Source: an uncultured virus (IMG/VR IMGVR_UViG_3300037466_002758)
Lineage: Duplodnaviria; Heunggongvirae; Uroviricota; Caudoviricetes
Reading direction: 5' to 3' (one strand)
Length of the DNA: 64,000 nt
Virus record (IMG/VR): IMGVR_UViG_3300037466_002758
Shown: piece after piece, positions 30,350 through 39,018 of the stretch
Numbering within the stretch: the first letter of the stretch is position 1
How the letters are laid out: each line of letters opens with the position of its first letter
Made by a program: the position numbers and the translations under genes
The notes under the pieces: model-generated
What the model was told of the DNA's origin: nothing
Database searches by the model: none
What the model saw: only the letters and a program-made list of their open reading frames with translations

Positions 30350-30592
30350 TTAGAGCGGAGCGTCGGACTCGCGCACCTTTTTGAGGAGCTCGAGTAGTCC
30401 TTTGATGGCCTGGGCCTGCCCCTGAAGGCAGCGCCACTGGGCCTCGTCGTTCGCGTCGATCAGTAGCCCCGTGAGGACCTGGAGTTCGGCATCTAGCACG
30501 CGTGTAAGCGTCTGGCCATCCAGCATCCGCGCGAGGCGCGCGAGCGACAAAATTTCCTGGGAGTCGGGGCGGTACCTCAATTCCCCCTCCAC
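30350..30592 (-). CDS. small head-assembly protein
   Basis: RCLQGQAQAI motif; follows the portal. Confidence 0.55.
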   Translation of the reverse strand: MEGELRYRPDSQEILSLARLARMLDGQTLTRVLDAELQVLTGLLIDANDEAQWRCLQGQAQAIKGLLELLKKVRESDAPL

Positions 30593-30594
30593 TT

Positions 30595-30631
30595 GCTAAC
30601 GCGATTATGCATTCGAGTTTGCCGGTGTCAA
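30595..30631 (-). promoter_or_regulatory. sigma70-like promoter for the head genes, with GTTAGC box
   Basis: Minus strand TTGACA (30631-30626), 16 bp, CATAAT (30609-30604), then GTTAGC. Confidence 0.6.
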
Positions 30632-32856
30632 CTTGTTGGTGGCGAAAAATGATCGGTGACCGGGGCTCCGTTATGAAGTTGCTGGCCGTTGATGGTCGGG
30701 TTCGGCTGCGAGCCGCCGGGGGGCGGAGGAGCTCCGGGGGCAGTCCCGGGGTTCTGGGCGCCGGGGGCGCCAGGTGCGCCTGGAGGGGCCAACATCGCCA
30801 TGCGCTGCTGGACCTTCTGCATGAGCGTCACCTTGAAGCGCGGCGGCACGATCTTGTCCGGGTCGAGGTCGAGACCCTTCGCCTGCTCGCGCAGGAGCGC
30901 GGCACGCCCGTCCACACCCAGCACCTGCATGTCGAACGGGTTCGCGGTCGCGGCCAGGAACTCGTTGCGGCGCACCTGGGCCTGCTCCTTGGCGATGACG
31001 CCATCGGCACCGCGCGCCACGATTCGGATATCGGTACGCTTCAGCGCCGGGTCGTCGCCGTACTTCATGTTGTAGAAGTAGAGACGCTCGAGGAGGCGCG
31101 CCAGCATGCTGTCGACGTTCGCTGCCACCTGCTGCATCGACTTGTTGGCGTTGTTCATGAGCATGCTCATGCCCGAGGCCGTGCGCCCGGCGCCGCCCGC
31201 AGGCGAGTCGCCGGTCATATAGCGCGGAATGGCACTGTACTCGTCGGCCAGGACACTGAATTTCTCGAACACCTGCATGAGAAGCTGGGCGTTGTTGTCC
31301 GGCATGAAGAACTCGATCGGCTTCTGTTGGCTCTGCGCCAGCGGATCGGAGTTGAACTGCCAGATCTTCCACGGGTACATCTGCGAGATGTCTTCTCCCA
31401 CCGGCAGACGATCCGATAGGACTGCCACCTGCGGACCCGACGAGATCCCCATGTTGTTCACGAGCGCGCGAGCTGCCGAGTTGCAGACGTCCTGGCAATC
31501 ACGGATCAGGTCGGGCGGCGCGTTCCCCCAGAAGAGCCCGGGGAGTTCCTCGTAGCTCGCCTTGAAGTACGGCTTCTCGCCCAGCGGGTGGTAGTTGAGA
31601 GACGCCTTGATCACGTAGCGACCAATCAGCCACACCTCCGAGGGGTACTGCTTCGCCTGGTCGGGGATGTCTTGTTCCGTGAGACCCCACTCGACCAGGA
31701 GCTTGCCGGGGATGTCGCCCCAGAACTGCAGCGCATCGATGAGCCCTTCGGGGTTGGTGAGCACCGTGGCCGAGGTCTTCCCTTCGGCCTGAGCTTTCGC
31801 CGAGTCGACGGAGAGCCATTCGTGCAAACCCCCGCTCGCGTACTCGCCCAGAACGGAATTGATTGCCGCGTCATCGTAGCCATCCACGCCACGAAGGGCC
31901 TCGAGGTCGGCCTGGCGCATGCGGTGACGCTCGATGAAGTAGCCGTCGTTGATGCCGGTCGACTGAGGGCTTGGATACGCCATGAAAGGGTCGATCCGGT
32001 CGTACTCCGGACGCAGTGTGTCCTGCACCACGAGCTGGGCCTGGTTCTGGGCATCCATCGTCCACTGGAGGGTCGAGCGCCGGCGCACCACCGGGCCCTT
32101 CAGGATCGCAGCCGGGTAAGTGACGAGATCGTCGATGAAGGCGTCGAAGGCCTCGATGAAGCCGCCCTCGCGCAGCTGCGTCTCCATCTTTAGCTCCATC
32201 ATCTCGACGCCGTAACGGGCCTCCTCGTACACCTGGTTCATGTACGACTCGCGCAGGTCCATGAGGAAGTCGCGCATGTCCATGTCGTCAGGAGGAGCGC
32301 CCGTCGCCTGCGTGTACTGCATCACCTGCTTGATGGCCTCCTGGCGAAGCGAGGCGATGATGTCGGGGGGCAGGCTCGGCACCGGCATCGGCTTGATGGT
32401 CCAGGGCTTCTGGTCGCCCTGCGAGAGCATCACGTCACGCAGCCACGCAGCCGCACCCCGGCACTTGGCCGAGGTGAGCATCATGTAGATCTCGCTGCCG
32501 CCCTGCTGGCGGATCAAGGCCAGCTTCTCCGGGTCGTACTCGCCACGGCGCTGCCGCATCGACTTGAACATGCGGGGCTCCGTGTCCTGCTCCTTCGCCA
32601 TGCGAGCGGCCTGCCAGCAGTGGCGCACGTGCGCCGCCAGGTTCTGGATGATGGGCTGGGCCTGCTGCTGGTCGACCTTCGCCTGCTCGATCGCGCGCAT
32701 CTCGTCCGCGCTCTTGATCGAGAGGATCCCGCCGATCGACACGTTGGTCGGGCGCGACACGCCGAGCTGCGGCATGGAAGGGTCGCCCGAAGCCGACATC
32801 TGTGTGGTGGGCATGGTGGGACCGTTCAGGTCCGGCGTGGGGCTCATCATGCTCAT
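30628..32856 (-). CDS. portal protein
   Basis: 742 aa; RQRRGEYD, PGLFWGN...RALVNN, GAGRTASGMSMLM. Confidence 0.85.
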   Translation of the reverse strand: MSMMSPTPDLNGPTMPTTQMSASGDPSMPQLGVSRPTNVSIGGILSIKSADEMRAIEQAKVDQQQAQPIIQNLAAHVRHCWQAARMAKEQDTEPRMFKSMRQRRGEYDPEKLALIRQQGGSEIYMMLTSAKCRGAAAWLRDVMLSQGDQKPWTIKPMPVPSLPPDIIASLRQEAIKQVMQYTQATGAPPDDMDMRDFLMDLRESYMNQVYEEARYGVEMMELKMETQLREGGFIEAFDAFIDDLVTYPAAILKGPVVRRRSTLQWTMDAQNQAQLVVQDTLRPEYDRIDPFMAYPSPQSTGINDGYFIERHRMRQADLEALRGVDGYDDAAINSVLGEYASGGLHEWLSVDSAKAQAEGKTSATVLTNPEGLIDALQFWGDIPGKLLVEWGLTEQDIPDQAKQYPSEVWLIGRYVIKASLNYHPLGEKPYFKASYEELPGLFWGNAPPDLIRDCQDVCNSAARALVNNMGISSGPQVAVLSDRLPVGEDISQMYPWKIWQFNSDPLAQSQQKPIEFFMPDNNAQLLMQVFEKFSVLADEYSAIPRYMTGDSPAGGAGRTASGMSMLMNNANKSMQQVAANVDSMLARLLERLYFYNMKYGDDPALKRTDIRIVARGADGVIAKEQAQVRRNEFLAATANPFDMQVLGVDGRAALLREQAKGLDLDPDKIVPPRFKVTLMQKVQQRMAMLAPPGAPGAPGAQNPGTAPGAPPPPGGSQPNPTINGQQLHNGAPVTDHFSPPTS

Positions 32857-32859
32857 GGG

Positions 32860-33216
32860 TCAGTTCCTTGCGTGTTGAGCGCCGAGGCAATGCAGGAGCT
32901 CGTGTCCGAGGATCGCGAGTCGCGGCTCGTCGTCGAAATTACGCGGCATCGAGGCCCAGACCGTGCAGCGGTTCTCGTTCGCGAGGTACTGCACGGTCTC
33001 CGAGCAGCCGGTAACGATCCTGTTAGGCGGGGATCCACAGTGCTTCGAAATGTCGTCCACGTCGTCGGTCCACACGATCGTGACGATCGCCTTCGGCACT
33101 TGCGGGCCGAACAGCGTCTTAGGCTGCGGCGGATAGTCCGTAATCTGGTACGCGCATGCAGCAATGGCGATCACGAAGGTCATGCAGCCCCAGGTGATGG
33201 TCTTGAGCGTCTTCAC
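32860..33216 (-). CDS. lipoprotein with metzincin motif HExxHxxGxxH
   Basis: GTG start at 33216; signal peptide with lipobox IAAC; C-terminal HELLHCLGAQH. Confidence 0.6.
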   Translation of the reverse strand: MKTLKTITWGCMTFVIAIAACAYQITDYPPQPKTLFGPQVPKAIVTIVWTDDVDDISKHCGSPPNRIVTGCSETVQYLANENRCTVWASMPRNFDDEPRLAILGHELLHCLGAQHARN

Positions 33217-35090
33217 GACGTGATCGCCTGCATCTGCGCGTCCGTGAGGGCGCGGGTCCAGATCTTCACGTTGCGGATGGTGCCGTTGATCCATGAGCTC
33301 TGCCGCACACCGATCGGAAACGCGCCAGAGAAACCCACTCCGCCGTCGAATGCGCCGGATGCGACCGCGCTCCCGTTCGCGACTGCGCGCTTGATCGAGG
33401 TGCTCGAGTCCCAGGCCGTGACGGCCTTGTTCACCGTGGTCGTGGAAGTTGAGCCGTTCGCGGTGCCGGTGACCGTTGTACCGTCGTAGATGCCAACGCC
33501 GCTGCCAGGCGTGCCGTTCAACATCAGGGGCGTCTGCACACCGGCACTTCCGAAACCCCCGATGATCCCCGCCTGCGGCGAGCCGTTTGTCGCTTGCGTC
33601 AGGAACTCGGCGTAGCAGGCGCCGACCGTGTCGACGACGTTGCCCGTGACCGTGTACTCGAGATCGTCGGCGTTGCGCGCGACCGCAACAGTCGTGGTCG
33701 GGATATACGAAGTGCCGAAGGCTCCGCCCTGCTCGAGCTGAGCGCCCCATGCGTAGATCCCGGAGCCGGCAGTACCGAGATAGACGTTTGCGACTCCGTC
33801 GGACGACGCGCCAACAAGTACCCGCAGTGTCGTACCGGTTGTCGAGGTGGCGGTAACCTTGACCCGCCAAAAACCGTTCGCGGTTTGCACCGTGGAAGCG
33901 AGTACCGACACGAAACCCGCGCCGACGTTAATCGGGTTGCCAACCGCGCCCGTGGCTAGATTGAAGAACTTCCCGCTCCCGTTAGTGCCGTCGTCTAGCT
34001 GGATCCAGGCAAACCCGCGCTCGGCTTGTTTGAGGTGGATGGAGAACGTGTATGTGAGCGCGCTTGCAGCCTTCGTGAAAGTCTGCTGGATGTAATGACC
34101 CGTATTGGTCGCAGTCTCCTGGATCTTGTCGGCGACCAAGGAACCGTCCGGGGCGGTTGTGCTGTTCGCACTAACCGTTGCGTTGTTTAGCGTCCAGGTG
34201 GTCGTGAAGTCCGTGCTCTGCAAGCACAGGTTCGTCCTCGCTTCCTCGGCGAGATAGCCCAACAGCGTGGAGTTCGCGATCGCAGCTCCTGCAGCCGCCG
34301 TCACAACGTTGCCTGAGACCGTGTTGCCGTTCTGCGTCGTGAAGTACTTGACGCCGTCCACATTGGCGCCGTGATAAGGCGCGGACAGCACGCCAACCGA
34401 CACGTACTCGCTGGGATTCTGGTTGGATTGACCGGTGACGTCCTCCATCTGCGGATGCCACACAAGCACGTCGATCACCTGATCGCTGCCGGTGCTACCT
34501 CCGCGAGTGCCGATGTTGAACAGGTTGGTCCCCGTCCCGCTACCCGCATTGACGGACATCCGCTGCCACGTCGGGGTCGCGGTGACAACCATCGAAGCGT
34601 TCGCTCCTGAAACGCGAAGGAGGACGTTCTGGTTCCCCGCTGTGTTGCTCTTGATCCACAGCGAGTTCACGACGGCCGACATGGTGGCGGCCACGTTGAT
34701 ATTGGCGCCCCAGCTACTTTGGTCGGCAGAGCTGTTACTTGCCCCCCGGTTTGCCTGCACCCGGAACGCTGTGCTGGTTCCGTCGGGCGCGGTGAAGCCC
34801 GCAGTGCAAGTCGCAGGCGTGCCGGTGCCGGCCGTCGGGCCCGCGGCCCAGCCGGAGCCCGTCATGTTCTCGGTATTCAGGAGGAGGTTCTGCACCCGCC
34901 GCGCGCCTTGGAACCGTGCCTCGCCGGAGAGCACCGTGCGGACGACACCCTCCCAGTCCGTCACCGTCGCGGTCGTCGCGCGCGTGAACGTAGGCGCACC
35001 CACGCTCCTCTCGGGGACGATCGAGCTCAGCAGCGCGCAGCTGAACGCGAGCTGCTTCTTCTTCCAGTTGCGCGAATAGAGGCTGAGCAC
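33213..35090 (-). CDS. head/tail spike fibre with repeated carbohydrate-binding-like modules and a LamG-like C-terminus
   Basis: FTRATTAT; duplicated NLLLNTE/NLCLQSTD...TAPDG modules; WGAQLE...TSYIPT. Start codon uncertain. Confidence 0.7.
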   Translation of the reverse strand: MLSLYSRNWKKKQLAFSCALLSSIVPERSVGAPTFTRATTATVTDWEGVVRTVLSGEARFQGARRVQNLLLNTENMTGSGWAAGPTAGTGTPATCTAGFTAPDGTSTAFRVQANRGASNSSADQSSWGANINVAATMSAVVNSLWIKSNTAGNQNVLLRVSGANASMVVTATPTWQRMSVNAGSGTGTNLFNIGTRGGSTGSDQVIDVLVWHPQMEDVTGQSNQNPSEYVSVGVLSAPYHGANVDGVKYFTTQNGNTVSGNVVTAAAGAAIANSTLLGYLAEEARTNLCLQSTDFTTTWTLNNATVSANSTTAPDGSLVADKIQETATNTGHYIQQTFTKAASALTYTFSIHLKQAERGFAWIQLDDGTNGSGKFFNLATGAVGNPINVGAGFVSVLASTVQTANGFWRVKVTATSTTGTTLRVLVGASSDGVANVYLGTAGSGIYAWGAQLEQGGAFGTSYIPTTTVAVARNADDLEYTVTGNVVDTVGACYAEFLTQATNGSPQAGIIGGFGSAGVQTPLMLNGTPGSGVGIYDGTTVTGTANGSTSTTTVNKAVTAWDSSTSIKRAVANGSAVASGAFDGGVGFSGAFPIGVRQSSWINGTIRNVKIWTRALTDAQMQAITS

Positions 35091-35095
35091 CGGTG

Positions 35096-35377
35096 CTACT
35101 GGACGGGGTTGAAGAAGAGCGTGATCTCGCCCGAGCCGCCGAACGTGATGTAGCAACCGTTGGTGAGCACCGCCGGCACGGGGACGAAGTCGCCCGCCGA
35201 GACCGACATGGTGTTCACGACGTACGCACCGGCTGGGCTGGTCGCGTCCCAAATCTTCACGGTGAGCGCCGAGCTCGAGACACAGAGGAACCCGACGAGT
35301 TGAACGGCATGCGAGGCCACCAGGCCCGTGCCCGTGATGGGTTTGTAACCCGACGATTCGACGACGTTGGTGGACAT
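35096..35377 (-). CDS. small virion protein
   Basis: AAGGAG RBS; 93 aa, beta-rich. Confidence 0.6.
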   Translation of the reverse strand: MSTNVVESSGYKPITGTGLVASHAVQLVGFLCVSSSALTVKIWDATSPAGAYVVNTMSVSAGDFVPVPAVLTNGCYITFGGSGEITLFFNPVQ

Positions 35378-35389
35378 CTCGTTAACTCC

Positions 35390-36832
35390 TTAGTAGTAAA
35401 ACGTCGACTTCCTCACTTCCCTGCGTCCCTGCTGCATGAAGAGCCCGCCCCCGAAACCAGCTGGGTCTGCGTGCAGGCACGCGTACTCGTGTGCATCCAT
35501 CACGTGGCTGTGCCGGTTCTTCTCCGGCTTGTCCTCGACTTCACCACTCGTCTTCACCTTGTAGCGGTAACCCCCGCGATACGCGTTGATCAGCGCCTTG
35601 CAGCCAGGGTCCACGAGGTGCGCCGCACCTCCGTCGATCGACCGTGTTAGCCAGTTGTCGACGGCCGCGATACGAGCCGTGATGGTGTTCGTCTTCGCCG
35701 GGACGATCTTGAAGCCCTCGGCCTTGAAGATGTCGAAGACACTTCGTTCATCGGTTTGGGCGCGTTGCACGCCTGCCGGGTCCCCGACCACCATGCACGA
35801 GTGGCCGGCGAACTTCGTTGCCAGGAGAGGTTTAAGCTTCTCCCGGATGAACCGCAGTGCCCCCATTCCGTCGCTCGTGAGATCCGAGAGCGTTAGCAAC
35901 CGGCCCTTGGGATCCAGCTGGTTTATGGTGGCCGCAGGTGTCAACCCGAAGTCCGCTCCGATGATAAGGGGGTAGTTGTCCATGCGGATGGGGCGCAGGG
36001 GATTTTTTGCGACGTGGAAGTCCATCTTGAAGCTGCGGAACACCGGCGAGCCGGCGAGCGACTTGCCGAACTTTGCATGGATGTACACATCCACCCAGTC
36101 CTCGCTCTTCCCCTCGGCCAGGTTCTCGTAGTAGTCGCTGGGCAGAAACTTGACCCAGTCGGCCTCGGCGGAGAGCCCGCTCGGCTGGAAGAAGACCTCC
36201 GCGTTCTCCGGTGGGTCGCTCAGGAACTGCTCCCAGTACGTGTCCATGTCGGGCGGGTTCGTCATGCCCCACACGTGCGCATTGCTCTTGCCCTCATCCG
36301 TCACACACCCCTGGACCGGGTTCCCCTTCTTGTCGACTCCCCACTCGAGCCGGTGCGGCACCAGCATCCCGTCGGGATATCGACCGAGACGCCCCTGGAG
36401 GGTCTCGAAGATGTCGGGGTGAATCTCGCGGAACTCGTCCAGGACCGCGAAGCTCGCCTGCAGCGAGAGGAGCCGGCGCACGTCGTTCGCGTCATCTAGG
36501 CCCCGGAAGAGCACCTCGCACACCACGTCGTCGAACCGGAGCTCGAACTTCATCCCCGTCTTCATGAAGGTCCCTGCCTGGCCGTCCGGGAACCACTTGA
36601 GGAAGTCGGGGATGCTGGTGTCGTTCAACTGCTCGCGCGTGTTGCGGATCCAGATGCAGCGGGACCTGCGGATCCCATCCATGCAGGGCGCCATCTTCTT
36701 GGCGAGGTAGGCGATGCGCATGATTCCCGCCGTGGTCTTGGTGGAACCCACGGGTCCCACGATCAACGAGATGAACTTCTCGCTGGTGAGAAACCCCTGG
36801 ACGGAGACCGGTGGCGTGTAGACGAGACTCAC
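35390..36832 (-). CDS. terL: terminase large subunit
   Basis: Walker A GPVGSTKTT, Walker B AVLDE, coupling motif MTNPP, nuclease GADFG...HVMDA. GTG start at 36832. Confidence 0.92.
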   Translation of the reverse strand: MSLVYTPPVSVQGFLTSEKFISLIVGPVGSTKTTAGIMRIAYLAKKMAPCMDGIRRSRCIWIRNTREQLNDTSIPDFLKWFPDGQAGTFMKTGMKFELRFDDVVCEVLFRGLDDANDVRRLLSLQASFAVLDEFREIHPDIFETLQGRLGRYPDGMLVPHRLEWGVDKKGNPVQGCVTDEGKSNAHVWGMTNPPDMDTYWEQFLSDPPENAEVFFQPSGLSAEADWVKFLPSDYYENLAEGKSEDWVDVYIHAKFGKSLAGSPVFRSFKMDFHVAKNPLRPIRMDNYPLIIGADFGLTPAATINQLDPKGRLLTLSDLTSDGMGALRFIREKLKPLLATKFAGHSCMVVGDPAGVQRAQTDERSVFDIFKAEGFKIVPAKTNTITARIAAVDNWLTRSIDGGAAHLVDPGCKALINAYRGGYRYKVKTSGEVEDKPEKNRHSHVMDAHEYACLHADPAGFGGGLFMQQGRREVRKSTFYY

Positions 36833-37008
36833 TTGTTCCCCGGGCTCGTGAGAGGGATCGTCTTCAGCTCTGGGTGCTCGGCCTCCATGACGCGGATGTC
36901 GTTCGCCGCGTCGGATACCCCGTGCCAATCCTTCTCCTGCACCTTCACCAGGAGGTAGTTGATCAACACCTCATAGCGCACCCACTCGGACTTCATGCTG
37001 TCGGTCAT
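36829..37008 (-). CDS. 59-aa hypothetical protein
   Basis: Overlapping start/stop codons with both neighbours; ...EKDWHGVSDAANDIR... Confidence 0.6.
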   Translation of the reverse strand: MTDSMKSEWVRYEVLINYLLVKVQEKDWHGVSDAANDIRVMEAEHPELKTIPLTSPGNK

Positions 37009-37268
37009 CGGCCGCTCGCGGCATCCGCCGCCTCCCAGGCGACGTTCCAGGCGATCGTTCGCCAGATATCCTTCGGGAGCTCGTAGGTGGCCGGGTGGGC
37101 GTTGAACACGTGCTGGTTATCCCGCACGCGCTGGTAGACCTGGTTGAAGGCCCGACGCCCGGCCTGGCTCCACTGGGCCCAGTTCTCCGGCTGCACGTGG
37201 TACTTGTTGGGGATTTTCTTGAACGGGGCCAGGTGCGGAGGCACCTTGCTCAATGACGACTGGTTCAC
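37005..37268 (-). CDS. hypothetical protein
   Basis: GGAG RBS with GTG start; W-rich 87 aa; overlaps the 3' end of the upstream gene. Confidence 0.55.
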   Translation of the reverse strand: MNQSSLSKVPPHLAPFKKIPNKYHVQPENWAQWSQAGRRAFNQVYQRVRDNQHVFNAHPATYELPKDIWRTIAWNVAWEAADAASGR

Positions 37269-37719
37269 GGTGCGTCTCCTTTTGAGGGGGCGCCAGGTTG
37301 ATCGTGATACTGAAGCCGGGGCCTGCCTGCACGGCCGCGCTGGGCTTGGGCTCGAGGTCCGCGAATTTCGTTGTGGTCTTGTAGGCCTCGAGGAGCTGCG
37401 GGATGGTGGTGTCGGAACCCATCGCCGCGAGAAAAAGCTTTTTGCCGATCTCCTCCGCGTACATCGCGTTCTGGAGACGGAAGGTGAACCCTTGCTGCTT
37501 GAGCTCGGCCTTCTTGGCGTTCACCTGGACCATGAACGGATCCCAGGCGCACAGTGCTGCGAACTGCTCGGGTGTGATGCCGTGCTGCTTGGCGACCTCG
37601 ACCGGCTCCTCCATCCCGATCGCAAGCTTGAGCACCAGCTCTGCCGGGATGTCGATAACGGGGGGTGTGACTTGCGGTGGTCCCTCCCTGTAGTCGGCGA
37701 AGTGGTCCAGGTCCTCCAT
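37117..37719 (-). CDS. putative terminase small subunit
   Basis: Upstream of terL; helical N-terminus and GFSITINL beta-strand typical of TerS. Confidence 0.55.
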   Translation of the reverse strand: MEDLDHFADYREGPPQVTPPVIDIPAELVLKLAIGMEEPVEVAKQHGITPEQFAALCAWDPFMVQVNAKKAELKQQGFTFRLQNAMYAEEIGKKLFLAAMGSDTTIPQLLEAYKTTTKFADLEPKPSAAVQAGPGFSITINLAPPQKETHREPVVIEQGASAPGPVQENPQQVPRAAGELGPVEPGRASGLQPGLPARAG

Positions 37720-37934
37720 CAGTGGTCGGTGAAGGGCAGCGTGAGCTGGGTGGTCTCGAGCTCCGCATTGGCGGCCTGGACTCGCTCGATGGCCTCGTGG
37801 ATGGGCTTCGCGACTCGCAGGTAGTCGTACACGGCACGCCGGATCTGCTCCGAGACCGAGATGCCGGTCTGCCGCTGGATCAGCTTCATCGCCGCGATCT
37901 GCTGGTCGTCCATGAAGAAGTTGTGGCGTTTCAT
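37719..37934 (-). CDS. ribbon-helix-helix (CopG-like) regulator
   Basis: MKRHNFFM beta-strand followed by TGISVSEQIRRAV. Confidence 0.8.
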   Translation of the reverse strand: MKRHNFFMDDQQIAAMKLIQRQTGISVSEQIRRAVYDYLRVAKPIHEAIERVQAANAELETTQLTLPFTDH

Positions 37935-38200
37935 GCGCTCACCATCGATTCGATGACCCGCATTCCCTTGCCGAGCCCGAAGTAGGCGCGCAGGAGCGGG
38001 ATGTCCGCCTGGCCGATGAGGCCCACATGGATGTGGTTGTCGTCCGCCTCGAGAGACCAGGCGACGGAATGGACCTCACCGAAGTCACCATTCTCGATGT
38101 TCTGGATCAGCCGTCGTAGTTGCTCGCAGATGTCCGACTTGTGCAGGGCCGGAAGCTCGACCGCTTTGAGCTGTGCGCTCACGCCTTCCTCCGTTTCCAC
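37931..38200 (-). CDS. hypothetical protein
   Basis: AGGAGG RBS upstream; 89 aa. Confidence 0.6.
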   Translation of the reverse strand: METEEGVSAQLKAVELPALHKSDICEQLRRLIQNIENGDFGEVHSVAWSLEADDNHIHVGLIGQADIPLLRAYFGLGKGMRVIESMVSA

Positions 38201-38259
38201 TGAAACCTCCTATATGTAACGACCCGCCCACCCGTTTGAGCAGAGCGGGCCGTGCATGC

Positions 38260-38424
38260 TCACTTCACCTTGCCGCCGCGCTTGTAGCCGGCCACCGGGG
38301 GAGCGTCGAAGTCGCCGTCGGCGTCGGGCTTGCGGCCCTTGGGCGGAGCCTTCTTCACGGCCATCGGGGCCTTCTTGGCGAAGGGGTTCGGCTTCTTGCC
38401 GGCGGATTTCGGGGGGAATGCCAC
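38260..38424 (-). CDS. 54-aa Lys/Pro-rich protein ending YKRGGKVK
   Basis: Strong RBS GAGGAGGTGA; GTG start at 38424; not in the supplied ORF track. Confidence 0.7.
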   Translation of the reverse strand: MAFPPKSAGKKPNPFAKKAPMAVKKAPPKGRKPDADGDFDAPPVAGYKRGGKVK

Positions 38425-38465
38425 GGATCACCTCCTCTCGTTGTGTAGACGGAGGGACGTTAGCA

Positions 38466-38481
38466 GGTTCCACGTGGAACG
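38466..38481. promoter_or_regulatory. chromosomal-type parS palindrome
   Basis: GGTTCCACGTGGAACG; perfect 14-bp palindrome GTTCCACGTGGAAC. Confidence 0.7.
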
Positions 38482-38637
38482 TGATTGTGGATCAGGGAAA
38501 AATGTGTTAGCGCTTCGGTGCCGGTCGTAGGGTAATGATGCGTGTGTATAGTGAAAAGTGCTTGGTGCTGTGAGCGTCCTGGGTGACAGTGGCGCCGCCC
38601 CCTCGACCCCTTGGTCCCATCGCCCCTCCCCCCTAGT

Positions 38638-39012
38638 GGACGGTGCGGCAGAGCATCCCGGCCGTCCCCCAAGCCCCGGTGGACGTCGCGGGCCCGATAT
38701 CGCTCGGGTAGCGGCAGCGAAGCTGGCGGAAGGCGGCGGGTGAGTGCGTCCCGCGCGGGTAGCGATCCAAAGGAGCCCGACGTAACCGGCTAGGCCGCGC
38801 AGAGCGCGCGGTGACCGCGCCGGTGAGATCCCCCGGAGGGTAAGGCATGCGCCGCGTCGCGGGCGGCCTGAGAGCGCCGGGGGACGCGTGGGAAAGAATC
38901 CCGCGCGAAGCGAAACCTCCTTTTGGAATCGACCGGCAAAGCCGCGCGATCGCATCAAGTGGCCCATAGCCGCGAGATTCCGTTTTCTTAGGCGGCCCGG
39001 GCACGGAAAGGA
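38638..39012 (+). ncRNA. candidate large structured RNA or 5' leader
   Basis: At least six identifiable stems in an ORF-poor, GC-rich interval. Confidence 0.5.
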
Positions 39013-39018
39013 TTTTCC

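Noticed and set aside
18601..35090. Diversity-generating retroelement or invertible tail-fibre shufflon
   Set aside because: No reverse transcriptase, no template/variable repeat pair and no inverted crossover sites were seen. The recombinase has attP-like and xis context.
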